Source: Squalus acanthias (lineage: Eukaryota). From it: 64,000 nucleotides of DNA. The first letter of the stretch is position 1; every line of letters starts with the position of its first letter. The DNA lies in assembly GCA_030390025.1 (NCBI GenBank), contig CM059438.1, positions 27,404,001 to 27,468,000 of the forward strand, in the 5' to 3' direction. Positions 12,063 to 25,605 of this stretch are shown here, in pieces. The notes under the pieces were generated by a model. The model saw only the letters and a program-made list of their open reading frames with translations, did not search any database and was not told the DNA's origin. Position numbers and translations under genes: made by a program.

Positions 12063-15000
12063 GGCTTGAAATAGTTTTGTTTTATTATCTTCTGTAGCAA
12101 CATTGTATTATTGAATTTAAGATTATTGTTACTGGTGAATTTAAATGGCTACAAGTCTTTGTGATATCAGCATCTTTGTGGCTATTGTTACCAAAAGTTG
12201 GATGCTCACTGGCTGTTTTGTGATCACAGCAAGGATGCCTTGTCCATGCCGCACATCAAGCAAGCCTACCCAATCTGGTTTGTGTTGGAAGTTCCACTTT
12301 CGTGTCTCTGTGGTTCCAAAATACAAACAGTATTCAAAATTGTTTTTTCTTGTGGCAGATTTGCTAGTGGCTGTTACCTCTACACAACTGTTTGTAATGG
12401 ATGTAAGTATTTTCATGTAAAGTATGTGCCTCTAGAGTGTTCCACAGTGGGGGGGGGGGTTTCAATAGTATCTTCTATTGCAGGTTTTCTCCTTGGATGA
12501 GTTGTAAAAGATGAAGAACATAACAAATCTCAGCAGATACTGTCGGGGGGTGGGGGGGTTGGGGGAGGGGGGAAATGAGGACAAGCTGTGTCTGAAAACA
12601 GACTGATCACACTGGCACCAATGCTAGGAAGCAGATGTGTTCTAATAGGATCCCCATAGTTTACATCACAGTAGTGTGTCTACCTCACTGCTTGACTGAT
12701 GGAATGGAGGATATGCAAAGCCCCATGGAATGGAATATTTAAAAAAAAACACTAACTACCTGGTCCACAGCTACGGGCACTTACTTTCTATTTGCACTAC
12801 TTACCCTCGGTTCTTTTTTTCCTCTTTAAAATATTTTCCTTCTTGATGGTGTTGCCATGCTCCAGCAGAGGGGAAACAATGGTCATGGCTGCAGACTTCT
12901 CTATTGCATTTGTCAATACATTTTCTTGATGAACCAGCAGGAGGTGTAACTCAAACAGTGCAAGCTGATGCACATCCGTTTTTCCTCACCGTGATGGAGC
13001 GGCTCCCTCCACTTGGTACTGCATCCAGCAGCCTGGCCAAAACCTGACAAGACTCACCCAACCAAGGCAAGGAAGTTGGAGTGACAGACAATCCTGTAAT
13101 TTAGAATTTCAAACCTCTTGTTGGGAGTCAAGCACTCAACCACTCGAGCCCCCCACCCTGTGTAATTTAAGAAAATCTCTCTTGATATATAGTAGGTAAT
13201 TCAATCATGCACAATTTGCAATAAATTTCACAGTATACTGCAAAAGGGAAAATAATTTTAACAGTAACCCTTTGAGGACTGCGATAGCATCCCTTTTTTA
13301 AAAAAGAAGACACAGAATTCTGGGTGGATATGAATAATAAAACAATAATTTAGTCCAGAGATTTGAAAAACATTGCAAACAATGAGCATGAAGCTCAGTT
13401 AGTTCATGGATATCATCTAAACACATAGCTTAAGTTACCTGCTTCTTAGTCTAAACATTTTTAATAAAACAGTGTAAAATAAGTTTAATTATTATGAAAC
13501 AGTCAGGATATTATGTCATCAGTGCAGAACAATAAGATCACGTGATTCACAGGAAGATATAATAAGAAAATGGTTTGCAGCTGTAAAGTTCTTTTTATAG
13601 GAATTAATAGCCAATAATGTATTGTAACAGGATTCCATTATTTTCATTTTTTTCCAAGCACACAATTAATTAAATATTCAGTGACCCTATACATTTCTAC
13701 CTCATAATATTGCGTATTAATAATTTTTAGAAAATAATTTTGGCAGATGTTGAGATAGAAGGACAGGTTTGTGTCTCAGAATTAATACAATTGATGCAAA
13801 TTTAAAATACAAATGACTAGAATTGCTGATATTTCACTTTAAAATTAGTAGACATCCCTAGCCCCCTACTCTAATTTGTGGAATTACTGTAATGTAAATT
13901 AGGTACTGGCAGGACATGAGGAGAGAACACCTTAAGCAATGTCCTAAACTGAATTTAAACATATGAAATTAATGACAAAGCTTAGATTTACATTCCCTCA
14001 AATTATAGATTGCGATATTTAATTATATTCTGATTATTTTCAAACATTTAAAATTTTGATGCAAGTACACAGTATCTCGAGCACCAGAAGAGAATGTTCT
14101 TAAGTTTTGTATTTTCAGATAACATGCTTGCAATTGAAATTTCCCCAGGAATAAGGCATTGACTCAGCCTATCAAAAAACTTTATTCCTGTGACAAGGCT
14201 CCTCCTGTCGCAAAGTTGCTGTGATAGATTCCAATGAACCATATTTATGAACAAAGAAACAATCAGTGCATAGGTGAAAAAGTAAAATGGTTACTTTAAA
14301 TTCTATTGCACTGGGGTAGAAATTGCACATGCAGTAAAACTTGAAAATACCAGATAAGAGACTGCATGAAATAGTGACTTGCAATATAAACACTAAAATC
14401 TTATAAAAACAGTCAATATAATAAGAACATTAGAAAACTTAAAGCTTAGAAAAGGCTTTTGGCCTTTTGAAGCTCATCTCCTATAATCTTAACTCTCCCA
14501 TGATATTATTCAACTGTATTTTCAACTACCCCAATATTTTTGCTTCTATGAGCCAACTGTGAGATTTATTGCAAATTATTCTGAGTAAAAACATTCTTCC
14601 TATTTTAAATTTACATTTCTCTCATTTATATTTATGTCCTCTAATGTTATTTTTCTGGCTTACTTTGAAGTGGCAATCTTGGTTTACCTTATCTATGCCA
14701 TTTCATGTTTTACATACCTCAATGAAGTCCATCTTAACCCCCACCTTCTCTTTAGACTGTAAAGATTAATATCATGGCAAATCGTTTTTAACAAAAATCA
14801 CTTAGATGCTGGTGATGATCGCATTCCTGTGTTGTGTACTAGCTGTTGTTACACATGCATTTATGTACACCCAAATCATCTAGAACTACAGCTTACAATC
14901 TGACAATTTCACACCACTTCAAGAAACTCCTTAGTATTTTATCCTTATTGGTGTCTTGGAAACAATAAGATGGAGGGGTGGAGGTGGGAAGAAGAATGAG

Positions 15001-15540
15001 CTATAATATAACAGACTTCCAATCACCCTGCCATTCGCTATTTCCAATTTAATCGTCTATGTCTGCTTCAGATATTTCACACCGGATACCATTGCAATCG
15101 AGTCCAGAATGATAGGGATCATCAGTCTCATCTATTAAATTGCAGGCTTCCTATTCAACTACTTTTACTGTCATGGTATGTCGGTTGGAAACAATTCTTC
15201 AGCCCTACCAGCTGTTAAAGTGTTAGCCCTCTATTCTGTTTCTTATTGCTGCTGCCACACAGCAGTAGACAGCAATCCTAGAAAATGGTGCCAGACTCAC
15301 TTAAAACAGCAGGAATTGTGTAAAGCTGTGAAGTTCTTTCTCTGTTCTTTCTTGCTTTTGACCAGTTTGAAACACTGAAGAACTTGTGTGAGCCATGTAG
15401 TCCTGTAAATAGAAGCTGGAAATTAAAACTTTGAAATTATTCCAAGGGGAAGAAAATAACATTTAGAGGAAAAAATTGTTCCGAACAAATGTAACTGCAC
15501 AATGCACAATTTATTGGTCGGATATCCTAAAATCTTTGCC

Positions 15541-15675
15541 TGGAATTTCTTTGGCGGTTCTCCCGAATGTCCACCATAACTTTGCCGTAAGTTTGATGGA
15601 AACCGCTGACGTGCATAAGCAGGATTTCCGTCAAAATTACGACGGCCGATCGGGAGAACTCTCGAGGAAATTCCA
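15541..15675. mobile_element. Short palindromic MITE
   Basis: Inverted arms TGGAATTTCTTGGCGGTTCTCCCGA / TCGGGAGAACTCTCGAGGAAATTCCA. Confidence 0.7.
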
Positions 15676-18292
15676 AATATGTCAAGTGTATTGAAAATTG
15701 GCACCTACACTATGTTCAATTTTTCCCAAGCATACAATGTATTGTGGCCATATACACTTCTACTTAATACTTTGCATTAAAAACTTATAGAAAATAATTT
15801 TGGCAGATTGTAAGATCGAAGATGATGATTTTTGAGCACCTAATACCCTTAACATTGTTAAGTAAATAGTGATTTTTAGTCTCGTTCAATTGAACTGATC
15901 CTATTGAAAGTGCAGTTTGATTCCCCTCCCCCAAATCAATCATGCATTACAAGATTCAAATGATTATATAACTTGACAAAATGATTTAGAAAGTATTGGA
16001 ATATTTTAGAGGTGAGAAATTGGAGTGAAGAATATCTCGCTGCCTGTATAATGTGTATATATGCATTTTATTGTTATTAAAATACACCTTAAAATTAATT
16101 TGGTACACTACAATCTGCTACACGGCACAGCTTTCATTTAGTCACTGATAAACAGCACAACAGATAATCATCAAATTATATAAAGATTATGGTGTATTAT
16201 AATAATCCAAAGTATAGAGAGAATGCTAGGAGCTGAAAACAATTCCCTTTGCTCTTTTATGAAAGACTTCATCTGAACTCTTGTAAATCAGCCTTTATTT
16301 TAGTAACATTTTATAAATACATATTCTACACTTTGATACTTGGCAGTCATAATTTATTCGGCATTAGCCATTTTTTCTGGAATGTACAGATTTACTTGAA
16401 GATTATAACCTATTGTAAAAAAATATTGTTTCAAAGCCTTTTAGTTTCCATCCAGAGAGCAAAATATATTTTTCAGAATTCAAGTTAGTATACAATATCA
16501 GGGTTGGTATTTTCTAAAAAAAAAAAATCAGCAAGTTTACAGTGATACTCGGGTTTGAATTTGGATAACCAGAGCAGCTGTTGAAAATAATTTCAGTGAC
16601 AAACATTTCTTTCAATATGTGTTCAGAACGTGTTTTTTCCTGTTAATTTAACAACTGTGTAGGTCTTCTAATAATCTGTTTAAATGAAAATGAAAGTTTT
16701 GAATTGCAGATTGTTAAACATAAGCTGTTTACGGTGGCACTCAGATACAGATAATGGTCCTTTTCTTCATAATTTTTTTCCAGCTTGTAAAGAGCATTTC
16801 TGTAGGGCACTGCATTTGTCACCCAATTCTGAACTGCATGAGAAAGGCAATACTAGGAAGAGGCTAAGTAAAGATGTCTAAAGTCAATGAAGAATGGTAT
16901 TTTGAACGGTAAATTCTGCAGGCAAAATAAGCAAAGGATAACTTTGACATTGTAAAAGTATCTCAGCAGAGATAGATGGTATCATAGGTATTAACAGGAA
17001 AGTCATAGGATGGAAGTGAATGTGTTTCTATGGAAGCTGTAAATCTGAAGATCAGGGCCACAGGGTGACACTTTATCATCTGAATCATTTGAACTCGGGC
17101 CTTAGTTATAAGGGACTGACACTTCTTAAATGGATGAAGTACTGGGTCAGTGCAAGGAAAAAAAAGGTACATATCTGAGATACACCTGAGTAGTATGTCA
17201 GTCTCAAGATTAGCAATCACATGGGTCATGTCTTTTAAAAGCATGATTTATAACAAATGCTTTGACTTCCTAAACTTAATGGTGGGTGTGAAAGGAAATT
17301 ATTGTTTTTGTCTTATTTATTTAAAGCTTACAGCAAATAATGGGTTATTTAAGCATTTGACTTTCATATGTTAAATATTTTATTTATGTGACACAATGTA
17401 ATCTAGTTAACTATCCCCCCCCCCTCCCCCAAAATATCCAGGATTGAGGAAGTTACTTGGCTAGGGAAAATTTGTAATTTGCTATTTAAAAAAAAAGCTT
17501 CAATAAATGATAACATTTAGTGTACTTTACCTTTTATTTGTTGTATAGATTTTTTTTTGTGCCTTATACTCATGATTTCTGTCATGTAATTTCTGCCAGT
17601 GTGATTTCATGTAATCGAATGGCAATAATGAATATTTTAAACCTAAAATTTAAAAATGCACCAAACCAGAGAAAATGCTATCATGCATAATGTTTCTGAA
17701 TAAAGAAAATATCATGATTAAAAAATAGTTTTTAAGCAGTTAAAATAAAATATTCAATTTGAGAACTGTAAATGTTTCGTTTTTTGATTTTTTTTTTTCA
17801 GTTCGGTATAAAACAGTTGACAGACTGTTCATTTGGAATAGTTACATTTAAGAAACCCTTTGCCATTCGGAGCTCTGCAGAAACAATTTTGTAAATTGTT
17901 CCTGCAGAGATCGTAGTATGGGGCAATCAAATTGAACACCAATTTGGTTGTTCTGCCTCTGGTAAAACCCAGAAATGAGCCTGTGTTGACCCTTATAACT
18001 GGCATCGAAACTGCCCTATCTGTTTACCACCACAAGCTCGTTCTGTGCGCTGGTAAGTGGATTGCGTTAGCATATGGCTGAATGAATGGGCAAGCACAAT
18101 GACCACTGGCTTCCTTTGAAACCCAAACTGCCACTCAAATGTGAAGGTACACGTTTGCTACGCGTGACAATATGTATGTGACTATGCATTAGCATTCCCA
18201 AATTTCTGTAGGAGTAGGAATGTCATTGACTATGGGCAATGTAACTTGACTAGCAAAAGTGAGGCAGCATTGTTTGATGTGCTTTATTCACT

Positions 18293-18938
18293 CTAGGGTT
18301 GTCCAACTTGGTGGGACTGTCCACGTTTGGTTTCAGTCTTACCTATCGGATAGTAGCCAGAACATCTCTAGCAATGATTTCTCGTCCCACTCCCACACGT
18401 CACGTTAGGAGTGCCGCAAAGATCCATCCTTGACTCCCTCCGCTTCCTCAATTACACAGTGCTTCTTCCCGAATCATCTGCAGACATGGGGTCAGCTTCT
18501 ACATCTATACATTAAGGCTCTTATTTTAATAAATGTTTTCATAGTTGAAATTCAGTTTTAATCAGCAAAGCAGCACCAGCCTTGATGATTTGAATTCTTG
18601 ATAAGAATTTACTTGTTGACCAATCTATATAAATGCAAGTCTGTCTTTCTTTTTCAATCTAATTTTTTAAGAAAAAATTGTGACTGTATTAATACACACA
18701 TTCCCAACTACAATACTATTTAGACTACAGCACCCTACTGTTTGCAGCATACTTTCTCATTATTCTCATGCAGCTCTACCCCAACGTGTGTGTAATTGCA
18801 GAAGATGAGTTGATAGGGATTCTCAATTAAAATGTTTTCATCACGAAAATGGACTACTGGCTGATCAAACTTGCCACAATACTAGGTTTTCCAGCAGGCT
18901 AATTCCCAAATGATTACCCGGAACTCTTGACAACCTGA
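18293..18938. mobile_element. Possible hAT-like non-autonomous remnant
   Basis: TAGGGTTGTCCAAC ... TTGACAACCTG resemble AGGGTTGCCA-type termini; no TSD confirmed. Confidence 0.3.
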
Positions 18939-19159
18939 TCATTTGAACATACAGTATTCTGAATCGTGCCTGTCTAGTTCTCACTATGATTACCTATTCT
19001 AGGGTCTTGTTTTTATCCATCACAATAAAATAAATGTTAGTTAAGTGACAGATGAACAGGTGTGTAGAAATTATCAGAAGTATGTATTACCTAGATCTCC
19101 ATTGCTCCTGAAATTAATAAAAGAAAATCTCCAAAATAAAATGAAAAATGTGATTGCTG

Positions 19160-19575
19160 TTATGTAACCATCTTTCAATCCATTCTGCTACCTGGCCTCT
19201 GAATCCACACACCTTGACCTTTGTCATGAGTCTCTTATATGGCACCTTATCAAAGGCCTTCTGAAAGTCCTTGTGTACCAAATTCACTGCATTGCCCTTG
19301 TCTACTGTTTCTATTATTTCTTCAAAGAATTCATTAATGTTGGTTAAACATGATCTTCCTTTTAGAAATCCATGCTGACTTGCTGACTTTTTTATTATAT
19401 TTGCCATCTCTGGATATTTTGCTATCTGATCTTTTAACAAAGATTCGAGTATCTTTCTTACCACTGACGTTAAGCTAACTGATCTATAGTTACTTGGATT
19501 AGCTCTATCTCCTTTTTTGATGATAGAAATTGCATTTGCCGTCTGTCAGTTCTGTAGAACCATTCCTTTTTCTAT
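19160..19575 (-). mobile_element. CR1 reverse transcriptase fragment
   Basis: SQHGFLKGRSCLTN..FFEE..VDKGNAV..DFQKAFDKVPYKRL. Confidence 0.92.
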
Positions 19576-20222
19576 TGAATTTCCTATTTTTATGTTGAAT
19601 CTAAATATATTGTGATTGCTATTTCCTAATTGTTCTCATTCTCTCATCAATTTTAGACTCGTGGCTTCTTTACTTGCTTGAGTTGTATCTCATTTTATCC
19701 CAATATTAATCACATCAGAATGACTAGAACATGAATGTTCATGAAGGTCTGCCACAGAGGGCATGCTTTTGTTCTACAATAAAAGTACCACTGGGTCAGA
19801 CACTGTCCTTGTTAATGTGTCAGTGAGAGATCCTTTGGGTTTCCTGTTTATCTCCTAGTACTTTGTTATCCCACCTGTCTGTGGCCATTAGTTATTCACC
19901 TGTAAAGCAAGCTGAGCTACACAAATTGCAATTTAATTTAAACAATTATGGCAAGACTAATATATCCACAAAATCATGTTCTCCTCAATCAGGTATGCAT
20001 TTTGAGGTTCTGTTGTAGTTAACCAAGTCTGAATAATGATGCATCGTAGTAGTTTCTCAGATCCAAAGGAATGATAGGTTCTTAGAATTAGCAGCCAATG
20101 GTTTTAATAGTTGTCAGATAAACTACAACTCAATTATGCTCTACAGATTCTGGTGAACACTATGCTACAACCTAAGTACTTTGCAATTTCCTTAATGCGA
20201 ATGGTTTTGCTGCAGTAATAAT

Positions 20223-20579
20223 GGGGTTGATTTTAACTCGGGGAGTTCGGGGTTGCAGGGCGGGAGGGAAACCCCCTACGGTGAGCTCAGCATGAGGTCC
20301 AGGCCTCATTTAAATAATCCAGGTCAGTCTCTCGCCCAAAACTGGTGGGGTGACGTCAGGGCCGGTGGGTGGGAGGAAAACTCGGTTCAGGAGCTGGAGG
20401 ATGCCGAGGAGCCAGTTAAATTAGACTCCCGCCTGCCTGCAGCAGGAGCCTCAGCTGACTTCAAAGTCAGTGAAGATAAAATGTCAGCAGGTGGGAACGG
20501 AGTGGCCTTAAATAGACTCAGACAAGTTTAACCCTTACCACGCACTGTTCCCGCTGAACGGGGTATTAAAATCGATCGC
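20223..20579. mobile_element. MITE (Harbinger-type)
   Basis: Imperfect TIR GGGGTTGATTTTAA / TTAAAATCGATCGC, TSD AAT on both sides. Confidence 0.7.
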
Positions 20580-21464
20580 AATAGAACAAGGGTGCTTTGT
20601 ACTCTTAGGTGAACATTATCAGCCACTGGTTTAACTGAGAGTTTGGCACAAAAGTATTAAATACATTAATTCCACTGCACATTAATATATCTTATTGGAA
20701 AATTAAAATATATAAAACTTGTGTTTCCTTTTGTTGTTGGGGAAGGATAGGACAAATTCAATTTCACTTTCCCACAGCACTAATAAACTTAAATTTGCTC
20801 TAACTCTCCAGAATAGAAAGCAACAGCAGTTTTATTTTGTGACTTAAAATTGAAACCAGCTAAATAAAATACAGAGTTCAGCGAGTGAGTCCAAGGCAGT
20901 AATTTAATCCCAGGGTTCAGTTAATATTCATAAATCACTGATGTCATCTGAACACCTTGATTAGATTATAGTCTTGTTACTCTTCAATCTTGGGTATCTA
21001 TTTTTCTAAGATATAATTGTGTGTTGTTTATGCATGTCAAGGTGCCAGGTTGTGATAGGAAATGAAAAACTATTTTTTTCCATTTTTCACCTAGTGACAT
21101 TGTCCAAAGCTTCCAAGGTGGAGCTCTTCCATAATTTCTTGAACAAGAGGCCACAGTTCTTCCTATCTTAGGGTGTGAGCTCTAACCCCTGAAAGAGGAG
21201 CACATTTATCAGTGCATCGCCATTGTGCTGGCTGGACTACAGTGGCTGTGTAACCTGAACCCACTACTCACCTCTGTAGCACCTGGTGACTCCACTGGAT
21301 GGGTAGGCTTAAAATTGACCCCATTGTTTCAAATTAATGGCTAATTTAGATCAGAGAGTACTTTTACTTGCTGGACCCTTGTCTGCTGGAATAAGGATTG
21401 GACAATCAAATCTCACTTCAATTATGGTATCGTGAGGAAATAGTCTGGGTATTATATAAATAAA

Positions 21465-21636
21465 AACAGAAAATGCTGGAGATACTCAGCAGGTCAGGCA
21501 GCATCTGTGAAGAGAGAAACCGAGTCAACGTTTCAGGTCGATGACCTTTCGTCAGAACTGGAAGAAAGCAGGAAATGGAACAGATTTTTAAGCAAGTGTA
21601 GGGGCTGGGAAAGCGGGGGGGGGGGGAGGGGATGAA
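21465..21636 (-). mobile_element. Penelope-like element terminal fragment
   Basis: Same sequence family as 62277 and 63276; on the minus strand a pyrimidine-rich tract precedes a hammerhead motif; possible TSD ATAAATAAA at 21456-21464 and 21637-21645. Confidence 0.75.
21523..21559 (-). ncRNA. Minimal type I hammerhead ribozyme motif
   Basis: AGUU-CUGACGA-A-AGGUC(AUC)GACCU-GAAAC-GUU-GACU: both core boxes, 5-bp stem II, palindromic ACGU stem III, 4-bp stem I with one G-U pair. Confidence 0.7.
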
Positions 21637-23001
21637 ATAAATAAAGTTGATTTGTACACCTTGAGTTACCTGATGTAAATGCAAACTTATTCATGACAGA
21701 TTTTTCTTTGCTCAAGACCCTTTCAACACTGCATGTCACATAACATAACCTCTTTTTGAATATAATTTTGTATAGGATAATATATTAATTGTAAGATATT
21801 AATTATTTTCACATTGCTGTTACCTTGCATATACAATTCTGATTATACCATTGACGATTTTTAATATTTTCAACTGTCATGCCCTAGTGGCAGGTGTTAA
21901 ATCTTGCACCATTATCTGTACATCGGGGATGTTCTCATACAGCTCAAGAGTGTTAAGAGTGAGGCAAAAGAAATGCCAGTTGGTGTTACAACAGTCTATA
22001 CTTCTGTGAAGTACAATATGTTAGAAAAAATAAAATTGAGTATACGAAAATGATGGACAAGAAAAGACCAGTTGCTCCATTGCGACTGCCCTCACAGTCA
22101 TGGTGCCTAAAGCATCATGATTCACAACAGCCCCACCCACCAACAGCCATGTCATCTCCTGGGAGGCAAAACAACAGATTTTTAAAAAATGGCCAAATTA
22201 GGGAGAAAGAAATCTGGAAAATTCCTCTCTGACTCCCTTAGGCGATCAAAGCTAGTCCAGGATCAACATTAGTCCAGCGCAAAAACATTAACAATGACAA
22301 CTCGGGACTGGATATTCCTCCTTGGCCGGTTTACCACTGGAATGGCACTGAAACTGCACTCCTGCCTGGCCTGTGTTACACTTCCAAGAACCATTTGATT
22401 TTTCTCCCTGCACCTGCATTACATAGTCATGCTGGACTCCCATCGATATTAGCTTGGGGGGTGGGAGGGGGAGAAAAATCTGGTGCTGCTGCAGCAACAG
22501 AAAGGACCGGGGCAGCCAGTTTTGTATCTGCCTCAATGCCGTGTCTGAGGCTGGTACTACTTCAGGGTACCAAGCCCACAAATTTAAAATCAGTTCGGGC
22601 GTTGTTGTCTGAGGGAAGGAAGCCCACGCAGGGCATGATCCAGGCTCTGGAAGAAGGTGGACTTGGCAATAAATGACATCTCCCCACAGTGACAGAAGAG
22701 GTTAACTGACCTGGCCAGAGCGTCCACCATAACCAGAAGCAGTCCTAATTTGTAACAATGCACTGTAATAAGCATCTTTCCTAGTTGCAGCCACCTTGCT
22801 ATACTGCATTAAACGTCATCTGTAACTTTGGAGCAACATGCTGAAGGTACCAAAATAACCTCTGCATCCCCTTCCTTCTCCTGTGAGTGTTCCTTTACTC
22901 GCAGTATATAAGTAGGAGACAGTGTGCTATGTATCTCATTTCCAGCATCTGCTCTTGGCCCCATTTAAGGAATGCTTCCTGGTTTCTGGATTGCATTCCG
23001 T

Positions 23002-23240
23002 ATGTGTCAGCCGTGGCTCAGTTGGTAGCACTCTCGCTTCGGAGTCAGAAGGTTGTAGGTTCAAGTCCCACGAAATCTAGGCTGACATTTTAATGCAATA
23101 CTGTGCGCAAATTGGCTGCTGCATTTCGTACATTACAACAGTGACTACATTTTAAAAGTACTTTATTGTAAAACGCTTTGGGGTGTCCTGACGTCATCAA
23201 AGGCGATTTATAAATCCAGGCCTTTCTTTTTTTTTTCTTT
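23002..23240 (+). mobile_element. Internally deleted Deu-domain tRNA SINE
   Basis: A box TGGCTCAGTTGG, B box GGTTCAAGTCC, then TGTGCGCAAATTGGCTGC..TACATTACAACAGTGACTAC and a T-rich tail. Confidence 0.85.
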
Positions 23241-24075
23241 CATATGGTGGCACACAGACGTTCACCTTCTCTGCTTATGGGGAACCAGAATACAGCCAAA
23301 GACAACAAAGTGCCACCTCAATCCCCCAGAACCTCCAACCACTGTACAAATTGGAGGCTAGCACTGACAAGTCACACAATAGTAGGCACCAAGGGAAGGG
23401 ATGATGGTCTTTAACATTAGGAAGGTTGTCAGGTTTATTTTCATTGAAATATTTGTTATCAATGATGGGAAATGTGCAGTACAATTTGGGACAGGATGGG
23501 GGAATGCCTACGAGAAGGAGTAGTTGAATTATTCCTGAACGTGAGCTGTGGTGATTCTGGAGGAAGAGCGACATGTCAGCAAAAATTTGAGCTCAGTTCC
23601 TTGCCAAAGGGGAACCATGATAGCAGGATTCATTTAGCTGAAGGTCTCCCTTGTGAGCTCTGCCCACAGCTGGCTCGCAGCTGGCACAACTCAGTTATTG
23701 CTTTGTGAGGGAAGTGCAACCTCATCTAGCATTGCCGCGTTGTTAGGTTGAAGTAGAGGTGTGGGTAGCAGCGGGTAGGGGATCTGGTCTTGGGAGAATT
23801 CGGGAGGTAAAAGGAGAAAATAAGAATATTATGTGAACAAAAATTGTAAATGTCTAATGCTAAACATTCAAATCAAAGTGAATGTTTTTCCACCCACGAT
23901 ATTTGGTATCTAAACTGCTACCTCGTTCAAATTTTTCTGAGTACAAAGATATTACTGAACCATAAGTGCTCAAAGGATTAATTAATATTGTTTAGCAATA
24001 ACTATTGGCTGCTATTAGGACAGTTGGGGGTGAGTGTTTAAGTACTTATAAGGACTTGTGATTTTTTTTGTGCAG

Positions 24076-24215
24076 GTTGCCAAGAAGATCAGCACAAGCG
24101 ACTGCAAGCAAATGACAGCAGCTCTGCAAAGTCCTATTGGTACCATCCAAGTATCCGGCTGTGAAGAAGGCATTCACTCCGTTCAGCTCCAGGCGTGTTT
24201 TGTACCTGAGGACAG
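24076..24215 (+). CDS. MGMT: O6-methylguanine-DNA methyltransferase, N-terminal coding exon (equivalent of human exon 2)
   Basis: DCKQMTAALQSPIGTIQVSGCEEGIHSVQL aligns with human [30 protein letters not shown]; acceptor TTTTTTTTGTGCAG, donor AG|GTGTGT; 140 nt ending in phase 2. Confidence 0.9.
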
Positions 24216-24920
24216 GTGTGTACATTATAATTGGCCTTCAGTTATTTGATTAATTACAGCTATTGACAGAGAGAGAAAAGCCCCCCATGTAATAACACAT
24301 TTGATCAAATCGAAGCTCTTTTATCAACTAATAAACCAAGAGCTTACCTTGAATTAATACACAGGTTTTAAAGAAAAAGTAATTCTCTGAAGTGCCATCG
24401 GTGAATTACTTAAAAATGTTGAAGTTTGTGTTTTGCTGTCACTGAAGCCTTACCTTATCTGCGTTCCATTTACTAGCAGCAAAGTTTAAGCCAACATTGG
24501 TTGTTCACTAAAATAAATGAAAAATGGTTGTGTTGATCATTTTGAGACATAAAAGTTCAATCATAAACTTTAATTGAGTCTTAAATGAATTTAACGAAAA
24601 TTGCCATTACTAGAATGGCATGGCACAGTCTGTGGTTACATTTTAAGTGTATTACAAAATACAAATGAATATGCTGAGATGTTGAATTGGATTTTGTAAA
24701 TAGAAGCAGTGAAACTCATTCACAGTAACTAGAGTCTCCTTAAATAAACACATTCCAAAAACAATAGTGAATAAGAATTTTAAGGGTTAAAAGAATTATC
24801 TGTCCAAGAGTGAATAAAACAATGCTTTATATTATGGAAGAATTTTTTAGTATGTCTTCTGTCACATATTGCAATTGAATTGAAGTGAAGTAAAGGAAAG
24901 ATGCTGTGAATTATTCTATT

Positions 24921-25605
24921 GGGCCAGATTTTGCTGAACAAATAATAGCATCTGAACAATGCACACATTATTAATGCATAAGTCGGCCAGCAACTTGTGG
25001 CGAGGAAGAGACACCCGTGAATTATGAATCGCCACAAGTTGCTGGATGATTTGTGCCGCACCGCCATTAGCTTTGCGAAATGGCATCTCACTCTTAACCT
25101 CCGGTGATTTTCATAAAGTTGCTGCGTTTGCACATTAATTGCCCATTAAACTCGCCACAGAAAGTTAAGTCTAGTAATTATCAGCGTAAGTACCTTTTTA
25201 ACAATGTGATCATTGTTAATGATTGCCAATCAATCTCTCTTGCCCAGAAAGTAAACAATTATGTGTGAGTCTCATTCCTTCAGGTTGTGAATTGTTTTAG
25301 GAGATTTTAAAAATCTCAAATTTAAAATTTAAAAAACAATTCTTACTCTTCCTTTCTGTCTCTTTTTTCTCTCTCTCTTAATCCAATCTTTCTTTACCTC
25401 ACTTTATTTTTCTTTCTGTACCTGATTTGACATTGAATTCACCCACTCTAATTCACACTCCTTCTCAGTCCTTCCTCTGTTTCTTTCTCAATCCTTTAAT
25501 CTCATTGGTTAAGGAGATACACTGCTTGTCCCATTGTTCACCAAGGTCCCAGATGCCTTGTTGCCCTCGGCATGCCATTATCAGCTCACACTTCCAGCGA
25601 CTTTG
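24921..25605. mobile_element. MITE related to the 810/5094 family, one end missing
   Basis: Starts GGGCCAGATTTTGC; internal CAGCAACTTGTGG, CTCTCTTGCCCAGAAA, GAGTCTCATTCC and CTTAATCCAATCT are collinear with 5094-5832. Confidence 0.65.

Noticed and set aside
23008-23075. tRNA gene
   Set aside because: A and B boxes run directly into SINE body; no complete cloverleaf
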